The position numbers and the translations under genes are program-made. From positions 372,001-436,000 of the forward strand of contig LSRY02000047.1 of assembly GCA_001643675.2 (NCBI GenBank): a stretch of 64,000 bases of DNA, written 5' to 3'. Below, piece by piece: positions 34,928-48,509 of this stretch (within the stretch, counting starts at the first letter, position 1; every line of letters begins with the position of its first letter). The stretch is from Monocercomonoides exilis PA203 (Eukaryota > Protista > Preaxostyla). The notes beneath the pieces are model-generated. The model ran no database searches. It saw only the letters and a list, made by a program, of their open reading frames with translations, and was not told the DNA's origin.

Positions 34928-36583
34928 AATAATAATTCGTTCATCTTATTTTTAGAATTAAAAAATTTACAAAGATTACGCAAAAAAACGCTGGACAATG
35001 TAATGATTTTTCACGTTAGATAATTTTCTCAATAACTGCATAAGGAAAAATATTATTATTTGCATCCATATTTATCACATCATTTCAAACTCAAAAGATA
35101 AAAATTGCTTTCATTTTTAATTTATTTGCACGCAGAAAAAAATAATAATTGAAATCATTATGAAATTTTAACTTCATTTTATTCTTGAGATTTTTTTTTT
35201 CTTTTTTCTTTTTTCTTTTTTTTTTTATTGATCTTTTTTTTTGTGCACGATAATAAAGAAGAAATGAAAGCATTTCAAATTTGATGAAACAAGAAAGATT
35301 TCAATGAAACCTTATAGAATTCTTCAGCTTTTATTATTCCATTATTTATTTATGTATTTTATCATAAATTTATTCAAAAACAAAAATTGAGAATTGTTTA
35401 TACGGTGGAAAATATGTGCTTTCAAGCTTTTTTTGCATGAGTTATTAAACATTCATTTCACTCAAAACTTTATTAAACTTTATCAGAGAAAAAATTAATT
35501 TGTTTTTCACATTTGAATACAAACGTTATAGAAATAACAACATTATATTTTGAAACCTCAAACGAATATCAAAAAATGAACCTATTTAAAAGAAAAATTT
35601 GTGTGATTTGTTTTGAAAACATATATTTTCATTCAAATTTTTCTGTTCAAAAATTTCCTTCGTATAAAAATAAATGATCACTGAAGAGTGAAAAGGCTCA
35701 ATAAAAAAATGTTAATTCTTTTTTAGCTGATTTTCTTATTCAAAAAATATCTGTGAAAATAAAGCATTTGAATTCAAAAGCTTTTCACAATAACAAGCAG
35801 AATTAAAAAAAATTACACACCCAAAAAAGAAAAAACCTCAAAAACAATCACCCATTTTGTTCACAAAATGTTTATCAGAAATGTATAATTATTCAATGAA
35901 AATGCCTGAAGTCAAATTTATTGTCCCAAATGGATGAAAATTTATCGATTTATTACCCACGAAGTTCTGAAACAGTGAAAAAAAGAAAACTATCTTTAAC
36001 AATTCAAAATTCACTCCAATTTTTGTTCTTGAAATATGTCTTCATTTCGCAAATGTGGCCAACATACGTTTGGGATCTTTATAAAATTACTCTTTTTTCA
36101 TTTTGAAAATTCTTATTTTGCGAGAATTTATTAATAGAAAAATTCAGATTAAAGTGATCTTCAGATCAGCGTTTTTATGATTTTTGATTTTTTGAAAACC
36201 AATTTTGACTGCACAATAATTCAGATATCAGTTTTAATAACAATGGGTTTGTGATCAACTTAAAGAATTTAAAATTTTTAGGAATAAAAAATTTGAGAAA
36301 AATAATTTTTGCTCTTTTTGTTTCAGTGTATCACATTCAGTGCCTTGAAATTTATAAATGAGATGATAAATAAGGATGAAGATTTTTTAAAAAATTCTTT
36401 ATGCCGAAATTGGTCAAACATCCTTTTAAAACATTATTTAATGATTTTTGGTGTCTTTTTTAAAACGCAATTAATTAATTTTTCATTAAAGAATATTTTG
36501 CGGGAAAGACCAGTAATTGTCTAAAAACCTGAATGTTTTTTTCGAATTTCGTTTTATTAACATTTGGAAAAAATATGTGAAAT

Positions 36584-36824
36584 GGGCAATTCTTTTAGAA
36601 AAGTCGCAAATGTTTAATTTTCATGAAAATCAAAAATTTTATATTTTACTCAAATTTCTGTTTTCACTCACGAAACTTCTTAAGAATGTGTGAAATAGCA
36701 TTATCCAGAAACGGATTCATTATTAGTGAAGTTTTTATGTTGTCAAACAAATATTTATTAAAAATATGAAACTTTTAATTTATTTAAAAATTAAACATTT
36801 GCGACTTTCCAAAAAGAATTACCC
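36584..36824. mobile_element. MITE family A copy
   Basis: AAAT|GGGCAATTCTTTTAGAAAAG...AAAAAGAATTACCC|AAAT. The non-palindromic 4-bp TSD fixes the TSD length. Confidence 0.85.
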
Positions 36825-37341
36825 AAATAATATTTAAAATTCAATGCTTTGTTAACAATATGATGTAGTCTATTTTTGAGAATATTTTCATTATGATTGA
36901 AATTATTGAATATTCGAAATTTGTTTTTTCATAAAGTTATGTGATGAAATGTCTCATCAATCTGATAATTTATTACTGAGAATGTTTCACATCTTTCATT
37001 CAAATTTAAAAAAGAAATTTACAAAAATATTATTTGTTAATATAATGTTATTTGTCACAAAATTATTTTTATGTGTTGTCTGTATTTCTCTGGAAGAATT
37101 TGTTCCAATCCTTTCACACACATTCGAACTTCAAAAAAAATATGACTTATTGAAAGAATCTAGTTGTCGGAACTTACAGCTCTTTCTTCAGCAACTCCAA
37201 TCAAAACATCACTCTCCATTGAACATAGATATTATGAAGAAAAGTTAATTTGCAAATGATGAAGAGGGCACAGATAGTTAAACGCCACTAACTTGTTTGA
37301 CCAAATTATCTGTTTTTGAATTTTCATTCATTTTAAAATAA

Positions 37342-37343
<2 letters not shown>

Positions 37344-37415
<72 letters not shown>
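37344..37415. repeat. (TTA)n microsatellite, about 24 units
   Basis: Directly visible. Confidence 0.95.
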
Positions 37416-37417
<2 letters not shown>

Positions 37418-37646
37418 ATTTAAAAATAACTTTTGACAAATATTAACTCGAATGTGTAACTTCCAAGCTATTCTTATTTATTGGATGAACACACAAAAAA
37501 TTATTCGAGATAATTGTTTTTGCATTCAAATTAATAATTGTTTAAAACCGAACATTATTTTATTCACTCTTTGGCGAAATATTGTGAAATCAAAATTTCA
37601 CATTTGAATCGGAAATTATTTTTTGAAGTTATATTTTCCCCCACAT

Positions 37647-37885
37647 GTCTAAATTTTTTTTAAAACTTCCTTTTATTTAATTTTCAAATAGAATAAAAAA
37701 TTCATATTTCGATCAAATTTCTGTTCCCACTCACAAACATTCGCTGTCATGAAAACAAAATCTAGACAATGTTATTATTTCCATTTTAGTTAAGTTTCGT
37801 TTGTGGAAACAGAAATTTGATCGAAATATGAAATATTTCTTTATTTGAAAATTTAACAAAAGGAACTTTACTAAAAAATTCAGAT
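37647..37885. mobile_element. MITE family A, diverged subfamily
   Basis: 239-bp hairpin with AATTTTCAAATA...TCATATTTCGATCAAATTTCTGTT arms, similar to 48077-48316. Confidence 0.75.
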
Positions 37886-39119
37886 ATGTGGAGAAAAATA
37901 TTTTGATTTAAGCATTTTCATTGAAAAATTATGCACTTTTCATTGACTTTTTGAGATCAAAAAACACATTAAAATGGGTTCATTTTTATTTATACGTGTG
38001 AGTTCACATAATATTTTGTTGCAATTACAACAAAGTTTGTTTACGAATATGAAAATCAAACTTATTTAGATAATCTGAGAAAGTTTAAAAAAGTTATGAG
38101 TGAAGCAATTTTTCAATTCCTTGTGCAAAAAACTTGAAAGTCCGTTTTATTCACATGTGTTAAAAAAATATTTTGAAAATTTATATTTTTCACCTGAAAA
38201 ATTCAATAATTGCAAATAATCTTTATTCTAATGAAAACATTAGAAATTTTCATTTCATCCGAAAAAATTATTTATTTGAATTCAAATTTATTATTTAGAA
38301 TGAATAAAATTTAATTATAATTTTGCATAATTAGATGAATTGTGAAATGAAAAAAATATCAAAATGATTGGGTTATTTTGAAATTACCCAAAAATTTTGA
38401 AATTGTCTATGGAAATTATGAAAATTTTGGGGAATTTTGCAATAACTATGGTGGACAAAATTTTTCTGTGAAAAAATATATTATGCATATACATGAAGTT
38501 ATTCAAATCACATTTTCGAAAAATATTCTGTTGTTTCTAATTATTATTAATTAAAGAAAAAAACTTTTTAACAAAATTATAATGAAATAATGAATGATTT
38601 TTCGAAACAAGCTTTGGAATACATTTTTGTTCCTTTTTAAAAAACATTTTAATGAAAGTTTCAAGGTTTTCATTGAATATTTTTTTCTGATGAATGATAC
38701 AGGTCAAATTTTTTTTTAAAGTCTTTAAGGATATAATATTTACCGATTGGAGAAAGTTATAAAACACTCAGTGGACATTATTTGTCATAAATATTGAAAT
38801 TTTCATTAATGAGTTGGACTATCTGTGAAAAACTTCAGGATCCAAAAAAATTGACTCTTGAAAGAAAATATTGATGTTATTTTTTGATCAATTTGAAATT
38901 TTATTATCAGGTGAAATAAGATTTGTTGCATTTTATCATGAAAGTTTCTGAACAAGACATTTGAGGAACAATGTGTTTTACAAGTTTTAACGTTGAAAAA
39001 TTATTTAGATCTGAAAAAACTTATTTTTTCATTTTCACTGTTTTTCTTGGTTAAAGCAATTCAAATGAAAAATTCTTCTCATCAATGTTAAATAGAATTG
39101 AATAATACATAAATAAAAG

Positions 39120-40860
39120 GAAAAATAAAATGGATGCAACAGAAAGTTAGTCATTTTCATTATGGAAATGGATTGGTTGCGCATCGCAACAAGGAGGTGC
39201 ACTTCATGTCCAAGACTGTGAAAAAACCGTTCTTAATATTGAAAATTCGTCATGAACAAGATGCAATGCTTCATCCACATGATGTGGAAGAATATATGCA
39301 TTGAATATCGCTGAATGTAATTTGCTCCAGACCACATTTGTCCAACGTTCCGGAAAAGGAACCCCCGAGTTAGGAGGCGGGGAAGGGATGAAGATCGAAA
39401 ATGTTAATACACAGCCAGTGGTTTATGATTGCTCCTTTCAAAATTACTCTTCAGGCAACGACGGAGGGGCAATTGATCTGCGTGCAAAGAGAACCGAGAG
39501 GCAGAAGAAATATGTTTTTAATTCGTTTATTTTTCAAATGCATAGCGCTTAACCCTTCAGGTTCTGGAGGTGGTGCAAATGAGCATTGGCTTTCAATGGA
39601 CAATGTCTTAATAAATAACTGCCTATTCTGCAACTGTTTTTCGATGACAGCAGTTGGTGCTGTTTGCTCACAAATCAATGCAGTGAATAATGGAATTTTA
39701 TTTTTCTGTTGTGTTTTCCACAAAAGTTCATGTGTGAAAGGTGGACATGACATTCTTCTTCAAGACTTTTCGCAAAACAACATTCATCCAAATTGTTATT
39801 CAAACAGACAAACACCAAAAAGAGTTAGCTCAAAATGCAACTCAGTTGTTAATAAAAGTGAATAGCTTGATAATGTTTGCGGAAGAACCAATTTTGTTTT
39901 TTCAACTGCTGCTCAACCAAATTCCAAAGGTGCTTTTTCATGTGGGATCAATGAAAGCTATCCGTGTAATTCTATCAGCCATTGGATAAATCAACTTTTT
40001 CCACGTTATGCAAATGAAGTTCAGATATTTACAGGAACAATAACAGAAATAAGAAGTGAAGACTTCGATGACAATTCTGATGTGAAATATGGACAACGAA
40101 ATGTGAGCGCAACTGTCCAAACAAAAATTGAAGCAGCTAATGTTTCTCTTATTTCAGTCTTAACAGGAACTTGCTCTAGTGCATGGCTCAAAAGAAGTGA
40201 ATATTTATAACTCAAGAATACAGTCTAAACCGGATATAATCACGTCGAATATAATCACATTCGTATATAGTCACATTTTTCCATGCATCGACATTTTCTG
40301 CTTATTTTTCATTCAATTTCCATCGCATATAATCACAGGGCTGAAAATATATAATCACATTTTGTTTCATGATGGGTGGATTTTTTCATTGAATAATCGA
40401 TTTTTTGATCAAAAATTTTAATTTTTGATTTTTTTGAAAATGTGCTCATATATACAAAATTTTGTGCATTAAAGAAAATAATTAATTTCGCAAGTGAAAA
40501 ATGTATTTTAATGAAGAACTTCCAAAAAACAATTTTTTTAACTCAAAATTGATTTAATTATTGATTGATTTTTATTTTTTCTGTGTTAAGCAGTATCGAA
40601 TATTATCACAATCGGATATAGTCACAAAAAGTTGTACAAAAACCGATGTGATTATATCCGGTTTAGACTGTATTTGTGAAAAATGGAACTTATAATGTTG
40701 GAACAGGAGGCTGCACAACTCTTTTCTCACTAAGTCTACAGTTTTCGGCGAACCCTTTATGAAAGTTCTATTAGCTACAGCTCCATAATCATCTACTCAT
40801 GTTCTCCAGTTAAATGCCAATAATGTGCGATTCGTTGCAGATTGAATTACTTCGAATAAC
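39120..40860 (+). pseudogene. Fragmented pseudogene of the Cys-rich beta-helix surface-protein family, interrupted by a MITE
   Basis: GGALHV, NDGGAIDL, GAVC and KGGHDILL motifs lie in broken frames with several stops. Confidence 0.65.
40221..40670. mobile_element. MITE family C (450 bp, TA TSD, CAGT termini; pogo/Tigger-like)
   Basis: TA|CAGTCTAAACCGGATATAATCAC...GTGATTATATCCGGTTTAGACTG|TA, with internal ATATA(A/G)TCAC repeats. Confidence 0.9.
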
Positions 40861-40999
40861 GGCCATTTTTATGATTTCACATCATCTGGGTCTGCTTTCT
40901 CTAGCATTTGTCTTCTCTTCCCTTTCTATTCCATAACTGATGATCCCATCTCTTCTCCAGATCTCTTTTGGTGATAATTGAATGTTTTATTAAATTCCA

Positions 41000-43710
41000 G
41001 TCAATCTGACAGAAAAACAATACTCAAACAATTTTCGTCATCATTATCAACATTTTCTTCAACATTTCCTGCCTTTTTGAAGGAAATCTTTTGAAAGAAA
41101 ACAATGCTTTCTCAAGATTCGAGATATATTTATTTCATTCGAACAATTCTTTGAATGAAAATGACTGCGATAAGAAACAAGAGATAAAAGAGAAAGAATG
41201 AGAAAAAGAAGACAACACTGACGAAAATTTTTGTTGAGAAATCAAATGATCAATCACATCTAATAATGGCTTAAATGACCTCAACATTTTGCTTATCACC
41301 AATTCTTTGTTCTTTAGGAGATCTCAACGATGTTCTGAAGAAGCAGATACTGATGAATCTTAGCAAGATTTAATTCCTTCTCCATCTTTGATATCATCGT
41401 CTCGTAAAACTTCATTACTCACTGTCCGTCCCACAGCAGCATCCCAAAGCATATCAACACTTCTTCCTCATTCCTCTTCAGCTGCAGCCTCAGCAGTACC
41501 ACCAGCTGCCGCACCATTTGGAACAGCGCCCTCTGCCCTTCTTTCTTTGAGATATCCTTCTGTGCAGTCTCCTTTCACCACCTCAGCCCCACCAGTGCTC
41601 TCATCCATTTTCACGCAGACGCTATTGAAAGCACACTCACAGCGCAATGCAGTTCCTGTTCACATTCTTCGATATCACTCTGTATTCATTTAAAGTGAGA
41701 GGAACTCTCCAGTGAGTTGCATTACACATATTCGGTGACCTAAGACACAACAAGAAGAAGTCGTTATATTTGAACGCTTCCAGTTCCTTGCAAACGAAGG
41801 CGGACAGCACACAGACAGCCTGTATGCATCTCGGAAGGTCCAAAGCAACATCGCCTGTGAAATCTGTGGATTGTACAAACGCAGAAGAGATTCCATTTGA
41901 ACAGACGTGATCTTTCTGCAAGCTTCTCCTGATGACAAACACGAAGAAGAAGACGTATCGAAACAAAATAAGAAATCATGCAGAGCTTCGATCGCCTCTT
42001 TCCGCTTCGCTGCTTTTGTCTGGTTGTTGTTCAGAAAATATTCGAGTAATGCAAATGACTCTGTCCGCACCTTCTCCAACTTCAACCATTTTAACACCTC
42101 AGAAAACTTCTAGATCTTCTTCTTTAACGCATCAACAGCATGATGTTGAAAAGTAATAAAAATGATTTCTCATCTTCGGTGAACTTCAAACACGTGAACC
42201 TCCCGGACAGCAACACATCCACAAAAAACTTCCAAAATATTTTTTCCTGCTGATCTTCTCCCATCATTCAGCCTCACTTTTCTTCTGCTCTGCATGCTTC
42301 TTTCCCAGCCACTGAACAACAGTCGCCTTCCCTGCCTCTTTCTATTGCCATGTTGGAGTTGCAGCAAGCATCCAGTTCTTCGCTCTTTTTTCGCATCGTG
42401 GTGCGTAGACAGCTGAATCACATTCAGCTCACTTGCATCTCTTTTTTCTGCATTTATACACTCTTCTTCCTCTTCTTCCTCTTCTTCCTCTTCTTTCTTT
42501 TCTTTTTCTTCTTTTTCTTCTTTTTCTTCGTTTTCTTCGCCTCCTCTTCTGTTCATCCATCTTCTCTTCGTTCTGTAACATTCTCTCGCCCCTTTCTTCT
42601 CTGCCCCTCAATCCCTTTCCATGTCAAAGTTTCCCCGCAACACCAGCTCCTCCTGCTCCTTTCCTGCCCAACCAGCCGCTTAACCTTCTCTTCATACTAC
42701 GCCGTCATTTTTTTCTGCTTTTACTCGCTTTGCACTAGCCCCGTCTTTAGCTTTTCAATCACATTATTGAACAGCGCCTTCTTCTCAATTGTCATCTGCT
42801 CATATATTTTCGATAGCTCCATCAGCATCTTCGTTTCCTTCTCCATCTCGTTTATCTTCTTCCACAAAGTTGTATTAACTCCTCCTTCACAACTACCACC
42901 AGTATCATCAATGCTTCCACCATTGACCCCAGCATCGTTCTTCTCCGATCTTTCTCTGATCCCAGAATTTGCTCCCCTCCTATTATCTTCTCCTCCACAG
43001 CAGTTTTCTTCTCCGGCAAGACTCATACAACACCTAACTTCACAACAACTCATTTCCCGCTTGGGAATGGCCCAAGTACAACAGCACTTCCATTTCTAAT
43101 TATTTCTGCAATCTTCTCCTGGCACTTTTCACACAACCTTAACTGCAGAGCCAATAAAGCCAAAGATATAACCATTCCGCTCCCTGCAGAGGCCAATGAA
43201 GAAAGCATAGCAACATTGATCGCCAACACCACCAGTTTTTGTTTGAAATCCACACTCACCACTCCTCCTTGCTGAGCTCTATCTTTTTCATTATCTCCAC
43301 CAGCTGCTCCATCAGCTCCTTCGCCTCTGCATTGGGTTTCTGACTCAGCTCCAGAATTTTCCTTACCAGTTTCACCACCATCTCCTCAATCTTCCACACT
43401 TCATTCTCTACAACTCCTCATCTTATCACTTCGTTGTCTGTCTTCACAGTCACACTCCTCAACTGAGCAGATCGGAACACCAGTTGAACTGTGGAAGGTT
43501 GTAACTTAGAATGATTAAACAGAACGTAGATCAAAAAGAACGCTTTCACACCGTTCGATACTAAGATCCACTTTCTCCCAAACAACGAACTTACCAACGT
43601 TGCAAGTTAAAGATGAAATTTCACCAGCAAAACTGAAATTGTCGCCGAAAGTGCTACAACATACCACCACAGTTTCAGCAGTGCGCATGGGAACAACTGA
43701 ATGCACTGAT
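41000..43710 (-). pseudogene. Disrupted gene of unknown function (Cys clusters, coiled coil, Glu-rich tract)
   Basis: Coding-like GC content split over several minus-strand ORFs (43050-43262, 42721-43053, 42170-42556, 41690-42097) with stops and frameshifts. Confidence 0.4.
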
Positions 43711-46700
43711 CAAACACCCAAGTCACTTTCTAATCTTCGCTTATTTGCCTTCGGAATGGAAAGGCTGATCTGTATTCAGCATGAGCAAAAAAGATGTGAA
43801 AATCATTTCAGAATCTTTTCATATTGCAAAATTTGTAATTTCAAATTATATCTAGTTGTATTTTGGAGGATTCGAGCTGTGACGGACAAAGTTGATATCA
43901 ATAAAATCTTTAGGCAAAAGGTTTAAATGCTCTTTCTCCATGGAAAAAAATGTTAAACAAAACTACTTATTGTTTTATTTTATTTCCAGTCTGTGAAAAG
44001 CTCCAAGTCCTGTATCTTGTGTCTAATTACTGATAGAACGGTTCAAAAATTAGTTGTATTTCCTTTTTAATCAACATTTTGTTCAATAAGACTTTGAATA
44101 AATTTTCACATTCAGCTCAGATTATTCAAACGACTATACGATCCACACAGAGTGATTTGATTGCAATGTGAAGAGATATAACAGAAGAAGAAAGCCATAT
44201 ATTCAAAAAGAAACAAAAAATCAATAAATCGCTAGTGAATATTTGCTTCTTTTCTTCTTTGTCCAGTGGAAAATCATTTCAATGGATATGATCTGTTCAT
44301 TTTCGGCTCAAATTTGTTGTGATTTAATGGAAACAAACTTTATGAATCGGACAACAATGCAGCTTTATTCATCTCAATCATCGGTTTTTTTCAATTTTTC
44401 GAACATTAAAAGGCATAGAATGTCATTTGTTTCATTGAAGGTTATGCTTTGATTTATTAATGATTGCTTTCACTGATTGCGTTCACAGTTTCACAGGCAA
44501 TGAATGTCACAAAATATTTTCAAATTATTTTTTTCTATTGAAATTTTGAAATGTTTTGAATATTGACAATCATTTGTTGTCACAAAAATATTTTGTTAAT
44601 TACAAAAAACTTGTAATATGGCTGATCCTTTTTGAAATCATACTTTCGTTCGAGTTTTGATCAAAAAATTTTTCTTAAAGGGAATCGGAAAAAAAGGCTT
44701 AAAAGTGCAATAGTTTAATCTTTAACTTATTAAACTTTAATTTTAAAAATGTTTGGACAAACAAAAAATAATTTTGATGAACCTTAAGAATATTTTTCAG
44801 TTGCTATTTAATTCTTTTGATTATTTGAACTTTCAGAGGCGTTTATTTCTGTATAACAGATATGGCATGAGTATGCAATTTAATAAAATTTTCACATGTT
44901 TTGCGTTTGTATTAAAATTTTACCTCGTTAATGTTATTTGACAGAAATGAATTTTTGCTAATGATTTAACGATTCAAAGAATGAATAAAGTTCCAAATTC
45001 AACACAAAAATGTCGAAAATAAGTCATTCTTGCGCAAGAATATGTGCTTATATTTCTTTATTGTTTTGATTAATATTAGTTTTTGTTTTTTCTTTTTGGT
45101 TTTTTGATGAAAATAATAGGGCATATTGATCGGAAGAAAAGGAAATAGAATTAACAAGAGACTATAACAAATATGATTAGCTTAAATTACATGGAGACAG
45201 TGTTGATTAAAAAAAAATAAAAGAAATGGAAAAGTTCTCATCAAATAAATGTAATTGGAACATGATAGGAAGTGTTGGGAAGAAGAGATAAAGAAATTAG
45301 AAGATGAATGAAAAAGATAAAAGTGAGAGGGAAAGTGTTTGGAGAGAGAGAAGAAGAGTTTGGAAAGAGAGAGAAAGTGTTTTGAATGAGAGAGAAAGTG
45401 TTATGAAGATGAATGAAATAGATTTGAATAAGAGAAGAAGAGATTGGAATGAGAGAAGAAGAGTTTAGAATGAGAGCGAAAAAGTTTGTAGAGAGAGAGG
45501 AAAAAATAAAAGTTAGATGAAAAGATTTATGATTGAATAACTTTTATTATAAACGTGCTTTTTTTTATTTTTATTGTAAAAGAATAGTATCTTGTAATGT
45601 TGTATTCAATGTGTTTTATTCATATGTTAAATGGATTATAAAATTTTTTTTTGTTTTACAAAATCAGCATTTATCTTCAGAACATTTATAGCAGCATGAA
45701 CGTACAGATTTTTTGTGTTTTTTTCATTTTATTTGTTTGTTTTCAATTAAAAGTATTGTATAAATAAATACGTGGATATTTCTAAACCCAATCCTTTTTC
45801 TGAATTAATCATATTTATTCTTAAACAATTTTCTATCAATGTTCACAATTCCCGTGTCAACTCTTTCGACATGGGCTTCGATAGCCTGGGAAGAATTGAA
45901 AAGGATAGGTGGAAACAAAACAAAACAATTAATTCTGTATTTATTTCTAAAATTTTGAGACGCAACATCAATATTGAATGAAGTAAGAAAACAATTAAAC
46001 AGTTTAACTCTTTATTCTCTATATTCAATTTTGAACAACTGATTTCCTTTTTGTGATGTTTTTTTTTTGCATTTTGAAATATTCAAAGCGGATATTGACT
46101 GCTTAATAGATGATTTTTCAGTGATTTATAAATATGCACATAAGCATGTGAAAACAATGCTTTTGCAATCGTTGTGCAGAAATAATACTCTGGAGCAATT
46201 ACAAAATCATAATTTTGATATTACAAATGGGATGTTTAGCTATGCAAAAAAGTCTCTTATGCGAAACAACAACTTTATCCTTAAACCGAAAAAACCAACA
46301 GTTCCAGAATGCAAGCAAGGTTTATATTTGAATTATAAATTGTTTGATTTCATTTCTTGATAAGGCTTGACAGAAAAAGAATGGATTAGAGGAAATCAAT
46401 GGATGATAAAAAATTCCACAGAATTTTTTACATTATTGTCACCTACACAAAAACGAAAACTACATAACAATGAAGCTAAAAATTAAGAGGAATCTTCTTG
46501 GAATAATTTTATTTTCATAGGATCTTCGAAAGAAAAGAATAGCTTATACAAATTTGGATCATCCATGTTGCAAGAAATCAAAACTGATAAAAAAACATGA
46601 AACCCTCACGAACAGGAGTGAAATAAGCAATCCACCAATTTCACCAATTATCATTCCTCAAAATTGTTTTTGTTCCATAAACGAATCAGACAGAAAGAAT

Positions 46701-46958
46701 GAAGGATGCGAAACAATCATTTGCACATCAAATATGACTAATAGTTTGAATGATGATCAATCACATTTCATTTTCGATGGAAAAAAACAAAAATTCATTA
46801 CTCCTCTATCTAATTTTTGTTTTTGCACATCACACTCACAAAATTGGTTCAAAAAACATCGTTTATTAAAATCGGACAATATTTCCCAAAAAGAAGATTA
46901 ATCAACGGAAGAAAATAAATACATAGAAAGAATAAGGAGAAGGCAAAGAACTTATAAA

Positions 46959-47880
46959 TTGGAAACACCCAAAGAAAACTACATAACTAAAAAGACAAAG
47001 GAGTTATCTCATTGTTACAATGATCCTTTCAATGAAAATCTTCAATTAAAACGGAGCGGCCTTGAAAATTGGGGAAATACATGTTACTTGTCTTCCCTTA
47101 TTCAATGCTTATCATCAATAATAAAATTTGCTCCTTCGCTGATAACTGCGCCTTCAAATGGATCAAAATTTTCTTCTTGTGTCCTTGATATTTTCGAATC
47201 CCTGAACACAAATAAAAAGAATAAAATATTCTCCTGGACTCCATCATTTGAAGATATGTGGGAATTTCATTGCAAGTTTGCAAAAAGGCAACAGCAAAGT
47301 GTTATTGATTCTAATTACAAACTTATCTCCATTCTGGTTCATGAGAAGCATGTTGATGAACAAGATTTTTGTATTAAATTGAATCAGTACACAAAATGCG
47401 AAAGATGTCACACAATAATATCAAAAGTCACATCAGTCAGCAATTCAATAGTGTCAAATTCTTTATCAATCATTGATGGCTTAAACAAAAATTTTCGAAA
47501 GGAGTATTTAACATCAGAAAAACTATTTTTTGCTATCTTTGTCAAAAACAAACTCGTGCTTGTAGATGGACAGAAATCTCAAACTTTCCATTCATACTTG
47601 CGGTTGATCACGAATACACATCAACTCCTTTCAGTCCTCCTCCTCAGAGTTTGTCCATCTCATCAAATTCTTCAAGCAATTAAACATTTGTGAAATCACT
47701 TGATAACTCATCTTTGTGTTTCAATAATGAGTTTGGAGGTGTTCCTAATGTTTATGAAATTGCTGGACAAGTTCTTCACAAAAGAATCGATGAAACTCAT
47801 GGGCATTTTATAGCAATAGTGAAAGAAAAAATGTTTAACAAAAATTAATGGTATATTTACAATGACAATCATGTTTCTAT
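46959..47880 (+). pseudogene. Ubiquitin-specific protease (peptidase C19/USP) domain, frameshifted, inside the transposon
   Basis: Cys box GLENWGNTCYLSSLIQCL, QQ(D/S) motif and CERC zinc pair. His box YEIAGQVLH...HGHFIAIVK...WYIYNDNHVS lies at about 47750-47880. Confidence 0.88.
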
Positions 47881-48076
47881 GTTCTCAAATCAAAACTGGC
47901 AACTCTCTTGGAAATGTGAGCACAATCAAGGATATTGCTCTTCATTGACTTTCTTCATTAATAACGTTCATAAAAAAACAATCGTTGCAGGTTGCAAATT
48001 GGAAACAAGTCAATATTTTCTTCATTATTATCCAGAAACAACAAATTTTCAGTTTCAGGGTGCAATTCAAAGATAT

Positions 48077-48316
48077 GTCAAAATTTTTTTGAAAAGTTCC
48101 ATTTGTTTAATTTTCAAATATAACAAAAATTTCATTTTTCAATCAAATTTATGTTCCTACTCAAGAAACTTCACCAAAATGGAAACAAATCCAAAGGAAT
48201 GTTATCATTACCGTTTTTATGAAGTTTCATTATTGGGAACATAAATTTGATCAAAATATGAAATTTTTGTTATATTTGAAAATTAAACAAATGGAACTTT
48301 TCAAAAAAATTTTGAC
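48077..48316. mobile_element. MITE family A copy inserted in the transposase gene
   Basis: ATAT|GTCAAAATTTTTTTGAAAAGTTCC...GGAACTTTTCAAAAAAATTTTGAC|ATAT, 240 bp. Confidence 0.9.
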
Positions 48317-48509
48317 ATATTCAAGATTTTCTTACAAAGAAATGGAACTGTCAGCTTCAACTTAGAACAAGATCAGCTTTTTTGCAAAGTCAAAGCAAAA
48401 AATATTTTGTCTATTCGAAAAGCGATTAATTTCATATCGTAAATGTCACCTTTGGAGACAATTTTCATCTGAAACTCATATTCAGACTTCTCTGCAATAC
48501 TTCAACAAG

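Larger units (their letters stand above)
35400..38160. repeat. Old degenerate inverted repeat pair (about 35400-35640 and 37930-38160), probably the TIRs of a decayed element
   Basis: CTTTCAAGCTTTTTTTGCATGAG...CACTCAAAACTTTATTAAACTTTATCAGA...AAAAATGAACCTATTT aligns by eye with the reverse complement of 37960-38150. Outer limits are uncertain. Confidence 0.6.

Noticed and set aside
46365-46490. Chromodomain next to the USP (GLTEKEW)
   Set aside because: The resemblance covers only a few residues, and the upstream aromatic-cage residues would fall in a predicted intron.
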